DNA from: Candidatus Saccharimonadota bacterium
GTDB taxonomy: Bacteria; Patescibacteriota; Saccharimonadia; Saccharimonadales; UBA4665
Length of the DNA stretch: 32,000 nucleotides
Direction of reading: 5' to 3'
Assembly: GCA_016699935.1 (NCBI GenBank)
Contig: CP064992.1
Location: 150,001 to 182,000 of the forward strand
The position numbers and the translations under genes are program-made. This document shows positions 27,011 to 32,000 of the stretch, piece by piece (positions within the stretch are counted from its first letter, which is position 1; each line of letters opens with the position of its first letter). Below the pieces are notes generated by a model. The model worked only from the letters and a program-made list of their open reading frames with translations, made no database searches and was not told the origin of the DNA.

Positions 27011-27180
27011 TACTCGACTTACGCGGGAATTGCACTTTCATCAGCCTTGTCCAGGAGTGACGTAAGAAGCTTCTTTATCTGGAGGAAGTGGATACGAAAG
27101 CTCCATTGACGACAGAAAGGGGGCTTATGGGCACTTCTGGCGAGGCTGGCGTAGCGGGATTTCCCGTGTAAGCGAGTTAC
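27011..27180. repeat. Rod-like palindromic element, copy B (170 nt), abutting the stop codon of the PKD gene
   Basis: Collinear with 22585-22752. All helices are conserved or compensated. The PKD gene's TAA (27177-27179) lies in the terminal GTTAC of the element. Confidence 0.75.
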
Positions 27181-28178
27181 CGTTGAATTTCATTGCCGTA
27201 CAGACGAGATTGCTCTTCAAGCTGGCGATGGATAGCACTCAGCTCATAGCGCTTACCTACCCAAAACATGGCAAGCAGGATAGGCACCATCAAAAGAAGC
27301 GGCCACCAAATATACACGACTTTCGTCGCTCCACCATCATTTTTGCCACTCTTGCTGCCTGTGGTACTCTGCGTCACACTTCCAGCACCAACACCGACAA
27401 TCTGTAAGAATGCCGTAGCTCCGGTCGAATCAGTCGCCTTTACAACAACCCGGTATATACCAGCCGATTTATAGGTGTGGGTAATATCAAACGTTCCAGC
27501 AAATGGCTGGCTCTTCAAATCGGCTGCAGTGCCATCCCCCCAATCTATGCTAATTGCGTAGGGTCCTGTGCCTCCACTAAGGATAATGGGCCAAGTAAGT
27601 AGCTGTCCGACGGGAGCACCAAGTTTTGCGAGGTTACTACTAAGACTAATCCGCTGGCCAAAGGCCGCAAACTGACCGTCCTGAAAAGTTACAGTGACCT
27701 TGTTGCTATCGGGTCCCGTCTGATCAAGCGCATCAAATACCCTAGCCACGAGGTCGTTCTGCCCACCGAAGAGGTCGACCTGAATGCTATAGCTGCCGCC
27801 GGCACAGTCGGCTGAACCAATGAATATATCGTTGCTAAATATTTTTACTAATAAGCCCGTTTTACACAGCCCACTTACCGTGATAGGTATTTCGTTGAAA
27901 TTCCGGCCAGAAGTAGGCGTTGAAATGGTTGCAGCAGTCGTCGGCGGCGGACTCGCCACCTTCCCTTGTAAACCAGTCGTTCCGGATTGGTTTGGGTTCG
28001 GACTGCCAAGCTGTCCGTGAGCAGGCATAACAAGGCCTAGCGTAAGAAGCATGCCCAGAAGGAGAACAGGGAAAAAATGAATTTTTCGCTTCCCTGGTAC
28101 GGGGTTAGCTGTAGCAAACCTGCTCAGAGTTGGAGTCGGGGATTCTCTGTGAAGTACTTGATTGATTATATCATTCAT
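27177..28178 (-). CDS. PKD-domain surface protein with an N-terminal signal/anchor and a C-terminal TM helix
   Basis: PKD signature ISIDWGDGT...THTYKSAGIYRVVVKATDSTG. Hydrophobic segments FFPVLLLGMLLTLGLV and IWWPLLLMVPILLAMFWV. Confidence 0.75.
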   Translation of the reverse strand: MNDIINQVLHRESPTPTLSRFATANPVPGKRKIHFFPVLLLGMLLTLGLVMPAHGQLGSPNPNQSGTTGLQGKVASPPPTTAATISTPTSGRNFNEIPITVSGLCKTGLLVKIFSNDIFIGSADCAGGSYSIQVDLFGGQNDLVARVFDALDQTGPDSNKVTVTFQDGQFAAFGQRISLSSNLAKLGAPVGQLLTWPIILSGGTGPYAISIDWGDGTAADLKSQPFAGTFDITHTYKSAGIYRVVVKATDSTGATAFLQIVGVGAGSVTQSTTGSKSGKNDGGATKVVYIWWPLLLMVPILLAMFWVGKRYELSAIHRQLEEQSRLYGNEIQR

Positions 28179-28250
28179 CCTATACCGCTTATGCTCAGAT
28201 TAGCATACCGCATATCTAAACTCTATGCTAGTGAGCGGTTTTGGCCGCAT

Positions 28251-29243
28251 CTAACGTCGACTGGCTTTCCGTACAACATTGGCATTATAGCGCTTGATTA
28301 CACGCGGTAGACCAAATATCAGAGCGAGTATGATAGCCAATAGACCTAGGCCAAGCACTATGAATAGCAACGGAAAGACAAAGAAACTCGTTTTACCACT
28401 CAAAAGCTGGCCATTTGAGCCATACCCGAAATTACCTTCTACCGTATAGCTGCCCCACAAACCAATCTTGTCAAGCTTGACACTAAAGCGACGAATGCTA
28501 TCTGGCAGGACATTGCCTTTGGGCTCATTACTATTGATTTCGATAGTTTGAACGATTTTGCCACCCTTTTTTAGCACAACTTTGCCAAAAGGTTGTTCGT
28601 GGGCGCTTCCACTATTACTAAAGCGAGCGAGTGCGACCAAATTTTTGTTTGTAGTGAAGAAAGAGCTACCTTTTTCTGCCCTTTCACTTGTGCGCACATC
28701 GAAACTTTCAAGTTTCATATTCTCAACGATATCGCCTGGAACCTTAACGAGCATCAGAGAACCAACACTCGCTGCAAGCGTAATATTTCGACCCTGTTTA
28801 CCCGAAACTGGCATAAACCGCACAGCACCGAAATACCCACCAGCCGCCGCATCTTTCGGTATAGTGATTGTAACCGTAATTGTTTTGGATTTGCCCGAAG
28901 GAACAGTGATATTTCCGATAGGACTAATGTACCGCTTCAAACTATGGCTTGGCGCAAACTTATCTGCATCCAAGATAAGCGCTGGCTGCCCATACTCATC
29001 TTTGCCAGCAATAAAATCATTGATGATTGCCTGATATTCGGTTTCAGCTCCAGTAATATTATTGACCGTTACAGTGACAGTGCGAACACTCCCCGCGGGA
29101 ATGACTAAATCTGTTCTAACCGGCGAAATACGAAGGCCACTCGCCGCATCGCTTTGTTGGGCGGAAACACCTTGAACCATAGTCATACCGAAGATGGTAA
29201 TAAGGCTTAGCAATAGTAGTGAGATACGAGTTTTTTGAAGCAT
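28251..29243 (-). CDS. DUF916/DUF3324-like cell-surface protein (CscA-like): signal peptide, two Ig-like domains, and a C-terminal TM plus basic tail
   Basis: Pattern ..LRISPVRTDLVIPAGSVRTVTVTVNNITG.., ..TITIPKDAAAGGYFGAVRF.. and the C-terminal FVFPLLFIVLGLGLLAIILALIF-GLPRVIKRYNANVVRKASRR. Assignment is by remembered family pattern, not a search. TATAAT at 29262-29267 and AAGAGGAAA lie upstream. Confidence 0.6.
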   Translation of the reverse strand: MLQKTRISLLLLSLITIFGMTMVQGVSAQQSDAASGLRISPVRTDLVIPAGSVRTVTVTVNNITGAETEYQAIINDFIAGKDEYGQPALILDADKFAPSHSLKRYISPIGNITVPSGKSKTITVTITIPKDAAAGGYFGAVRFMPVSGKQGRNITLAASVGSLMLVKVPGDIVENMKLESFDVRTSERAEKGSSFFTTNKNLVALARFSNSGSAHEQPFGKVVLKKGGKIVQTIEINSNEPKGNVLPDSIRRFSVKLDKIGLWGSYTVEGNFGYGSNGQLLSGKTSFFVFPLLFIVLGLGLLAIILALIFGLPRVIKRYNANVVRKASRR

Positions 29244-29600
29244 AATTTCCTCTTTTTATTGATTATACTTATGGTACCAGAAACATGGTTGTTTACAAAG
29301 GTAATTTGCTGTCATTTTTACTATGTGTTGCTCCCCCAGCCAGCCATAGACACACGCATTTCGCACTTTGAGCTCATGTGCATGTTCTCCTCGAAGCACG
29401 TAAGGAGCTGTACTGAGGTACAGCGACTGGTGTCGCAGCCGCACAGGAAAGAAAAGGTTTTACATTTTCTTTCTGAGCAGCGAGAAAAGAGGCAAAGCCG
29501 ATGTACTAAAGAGGAAACATGTGCAGGAGTTTGGAGAAGCCAGCAGAGTTGGCCTTGCCGGAAGCAGGCTGGCTGGTGCGATAGGCGTGAGACGGAGCAA

Positions 29601-30657
29601 TTAGAACGATGCGTTTGCCAAGTATGTCAACGTGCTCACATAAATACCGGCTCCCTGACCAGGCGCAATATTGGCGATATAAGAAACGGTGAACTTCGCA
29701 ATATCTGGGTTTGTAGCTTGTACAATAACGTCGCCAGTATTAAATGCAAACCGATTAAGCTGATTATAGTTACCGGTTACTGTCGAGGAGAGCAACATCC
29801 CCTGTGGCTCTTGCCCTATGGCTGGCGTGCTATTGCCGCGCAGATTAAGGCCAAACTGCTGCACTCCTGTTCGGGCAACATCTGGACTGCTTAGCGCAGC
29901 AATTGTGTTGATACCTGAGGTCAAGGTAGTACCCTGCACTGCTACCGTGAAACCAAAGTCAGCATTTGTCGCAACAATGAACTGTGTCGTTCCTGTTGAT
30001 GTCCTGGTTGGTGAAAAATCTCCAAAATCTATATAGTTACCCTGTGCCGAATTACAATCTTCTGCTTGTATTGTATTTGCGACACAAAATAACAGATACG
30101 GCGGGACAACAGATCTGACACTCACGCCATTAGGGAGAATAGCGTACGCAAGTCCAGAGCCGTCTCTATTCGTTCCAGTCGCATCGGTGCTGGCAAATGT
30201 CTCAAGTCTCCCAAAGTACGTGTCTGCGGTTGAAGGATTCGTCACGCCAGCCAGTTCAAACGTAACTTGCCCGACTATGCTTGGTGCCGGAACACGAGTA
30301 AGAATAAGCTCATTGGCGGTTGTAGTTGGGTGGATAGTAAAACCGCTCATGCCAGTTTGCGAAATAAGTGATGCGCCCAGGAAACTCAGACCCGCAGGGC
30401 CAGTACAGGGAGCATCCACGAAAGGGTCCTCGACGCATATTTGAAGACGCACTGACCCCACGTTACCGGCAGATTGACCAGACAAGCTTATTTTATAATT
30501 CGCCGTACTCCCAGCCTGTGCGGTGGAAATCTGTAGCCGCCGAGTTGCAAGGCTTAGCAGCCTCAATATAAGAAATGCGCAGCGGTCCTGTTACGCTGAG
30601 TAACAAGACCGCTATGATACCGATGCTAGTTATTTTGTGCAGCCGGTTCAGGCGCAT
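29601..30657 (-). CDS. Secreted surface protein B, paralogue of the next gene, with a WxL-like C-terminal strand. Frameshifted near the signal peptide.
   Basis: ATG at 30657 (GGAGA upstream) gives MRLNRLHKITSIGIIAVLLLSV... A one-base shift near 30554 joins it to ORF 29601-30566. Shared block VTFELAGVTNPSTADTYFGRLETFA. Ends ..GAGIYVSTLTYLANASF. Confidence 0.65.
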
Positions 30658-30681
30658 TATTTCTCCTCTGAAAACTATTCT

Positions 30682-30873
30682 CTAGAATGTACCCACACCA
30701 ATGAGGCTAAAGTTTTGACTGTATATACCTGCTGGAGTTGTCGGTGAGGCTACCGCAGCAAAGGTAATCGTATTATTCACACTATTAGCCTGCTTATCGT
30801 CACCACCAGTCGTCTCAGCAATCTTACTGCCGTAGGTGCTGATGACGTTATCGTTTGCCGTGGCGGTGTCCAT
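30682..30873 (-). CDS. Secreted surface protein A, C-terminal fragment
   Basis: Ends ..TPAGIYSQNFSLIGVGTF. Joined to 30777-31916 when T4 at 30917-30920 is read as 3 (..GGSQENTAVTRWAGAGGTYLMDTATAN..). Confidence 0.65.
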   Translation of the reverse strand: MDTATANDNVISTYGSKIAETTGGDDKQANSVNNTITFAAVASPTTPAGIYSQNFSLIGVGTF

Positions 30874-31916
30874 GAGGTAAGTACCACCAGCGCCAGCCCA
30901 ACGAGTGACAGCTGTGTTTTCTCCTGTGAACCACCAGTTGCAGCCGTACCGTTACTGACGAAGGCACCGAATTCTGCAGTGTTGTTCGTGAAGGCGATTG
31001 ATGTCGCCGCGCCAGCGTTGACGGGAGGGATTTCACAGGTTGTGCCGCCATCTCGGCTCAGGCCACCATTACCGCCAGTACAGCTCGTGTTTGCTGCCCG
31101 TAGGTAGAGGGCGTAACCCTGTGAGGCATTCGTGGAAAGTTGAGTGTAAACATTCGCTGAGGCTGGAGTTGCTCCAGTATATCCTAGGACGTAGTCTGGT
31201 GACGAACCAAGAGTAATAGCTGGTGCTGTTGCTGAACCGCATGATCCTGCAGCCGTGAGGTTATTTGCATTGGTTACGGCCACACCGCCTGATGTACAGA
31301 GTGACAGTTGCTCCATGACACGAGCTGTGACCGTGATGGTGTTGACTGTGCTCATGGCAACACCACCGTAGTCGACGTAGTTACCGGTGCTGGTAGCACT
31401 TGCATATGTACCATATGTGTCGTTTGCATAGGTCGTAACACGACCAAAGAACGAACCAAGCGTGCTTGGATTGGTAAGACCAGTTACTTCAAAGGTGAAG
31501 GCACCAGCGGCTTGCGAGCTCGTGTTTGTAAAACGAAGGCGGCTTGCCGTCAGCGTTCCAAGAGACCAGGTGCCGTTCGCGGTCAGACTTGCTGTTGAAA
31601 CGTCCAGGTTCGTTGGTGCTGTACAGTTGTCGTTAATGAGCGGTGAGGCGCTACAAAAGTCAACGACAAAGCTTTGTACAGCAGCAGATGTCGTAAACTT
31701 AATTCTATATGCAACGCTGGTACCACTACCGACACCGCTTGGGATGTTGGAGTTGTTGCTTGGACCGGAATCGCTCATTTGGATAGAGCGGTAGGTGAGT
31801 TGGGCAGCGGAAGCCTTTTGATTTGATACGAACACGGGAGCAACTGCTCCAACGAGTATCGCCACAGCTGCAAATAACGCTGCTGGGCGCTTCAATGAGT
31901 TGCGAGTTATACTCAT
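30777..31916 (-). CDS. Secreted surface protein A, main fragment (signal peptide plus Thr/Ser/Asn/Gly-rich beta domain)
   Basis: AAGGAG lies 8 nt upstream of the ATG at 31916 (MSITRNSLKRPAALFAAVAILVGAVAPVFV..ASA). Shared block AFTFEVTGLTNPSTLGSFFGRVTTYA. The last ~40 aa of the ORF-track translation are out of frame. Confidence 0.7.
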   Translation of the reverse strand: MSITRNSLKRPAALFAAVAILVGAVAPVFVSNQKASAAQLTYRSIQMSDSGPSNNSNIPSGVGSGTSVAYRIKFTTSAAVQSFVVDFCSASPLINDNCTAPTNLDVSTASLTANGTWSLGTLTASRLRFTNTSSQAAGAFTFEVTGLTNPSTLGSFFGRVTTYANDTYGTYASATSTGNYVDYGGVAMSTVNTITVTARVMEQLSLCTSGGVAVTNANNLTAAGSCGSATAPAITLGSSPDYVLGYTGATPASANVYTQLSTNASQGYALYLRAANTSCTGGNGGLSRDGGTTCEIPPVNAGAATSIAFTNNTAEFGAFVSNGTAATGGSQEKTQLSLVGLALVVLTSWTPPRQTITSSAPTAVRLLRRLVVTISRLIV

Positions 31917-32000
31917 TATTTTTCTCCTTTTATAATTTGTTTGTTTTAGAGTTAACGAACGCACTATATCATGGTTATGTTTAAAAAACAAGCCCCTTTT

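Noticed and set aside
26574-27041. 155-aa ORF (minus strand) and the overlapping 125-aa ORF at 26688-27065 (plus strand) as protein-coding genes. The 14-codon MKVRFPRKSS extension of alaS (22574-22615) is the same kind of thing.
   Set aside because: They are translations of repeat modules (MKV[QR]FPRKSS, VILNEVKNP, WIPAYAGMT-type peptides) found in two places. They are low-complexity, with no RBS and no domain pattern.
27038-27044. CUGAUGA followed by GAAA on the minus strand of both rod-like copies, as a hammerhead ribozyme core or C/D-box-like motif
   Set aside because: There is no helix II between CUGAUGA and GAAA and no suitable stems I/III. The motif is simply part of an internal loop of the long hairpin.
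26760-27140. RNase P RNA (rnpB). The plus strand has GGAAGTCCGAGA at 26829, TGAAAGGGCGGAAGCG at 26938 and ACGACAGAAAGGGGGCTTATGGG at 27109. These resemble CR-I, CR-II/III and CR-V at roughly E. coli-like spacing.
   Set aside because: The P4 pairing required between the CR-I-like and CR-V-like strands does not form (AAGUCCGAG against GGGGGCUU gives only ~5 pairs). The CR-V-like motif lies inside the rod-like repeat, whose own terminal helix excludes the CR-I-like site. About 55 nt follow the motif instead of ~15. The homologous copy A lacks the motif. An Infernal scan would settle it.
29235-29894. 219-aa plus-strand ORF spanning the gap between genes B and C
   Set aside because: It is Cys/Arg-rich nonsense text, half of it antisense to gene B. 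It has no RBS and runs against the local transcription direction.

Overview
This 32-kb chromosomal window comes from a small-genome bacterium. Gene content suggests a CPR/Patescibacteria (Saccharibacteria-like) organism: a short AlaRS, a LysM-CHAP hydrolase, a PGPGW protein and many surface proteins. That assignment is inference only.

Gene content, left to right:
- trhO
- a small coiled-coil ORF
- two tandem ABC exporter genes (fused TMD-NBD)
- rplY (L25/Ctc)
- dedA
- uvrA
- a PGPGW membrane protein
- sbcB
- two small membrane proteins
- obg
- a LysM-CHAP peptidoglycan hydrolase
- mltG
- ruvX
- a three-ORF module headed by an FtsA-like actin-fold ATPase
- alaS
- a large beta-propeller surface protein
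- mnmA
- a four-gene surface-protein locus: a PKD protein, a DUF916/DUF3324-like protein and two paralogous WxL-like secreted proteins

From 7.1 kb onward nearly all genes are on the minus strand.

Three things stand out:
1. Almost every long conserved gene is split by single-base indels, nearly all at short homopolymers. About 30 such shifts occur in 32 kb. This looks like uncorrected long-read assembly error rather than pseudogenes.
2. There are several families of interspersed repeats:
   - a ~140-bp MITE-like element with 14-17 bp terminal inverted repeats (2 copies)
   - a ~170-nt rod-like palindromic element with compensatory changes (2 copies), one directly upstream of alaS
   - heptanucleotide tandem-repeat blocks, one of them in frame inside mnmA
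   - a 770-bp hairpin-dense non-coding region at 26403-27176
3. The Csc/WxL-like surface locus and the FtsA-like module inserted into the conserved alaS-ruvX-mltG neighbourhood are the best candidates for undescribed biology.

I found no rRNA, tRNA, CRISPR array, transposase or integrase.
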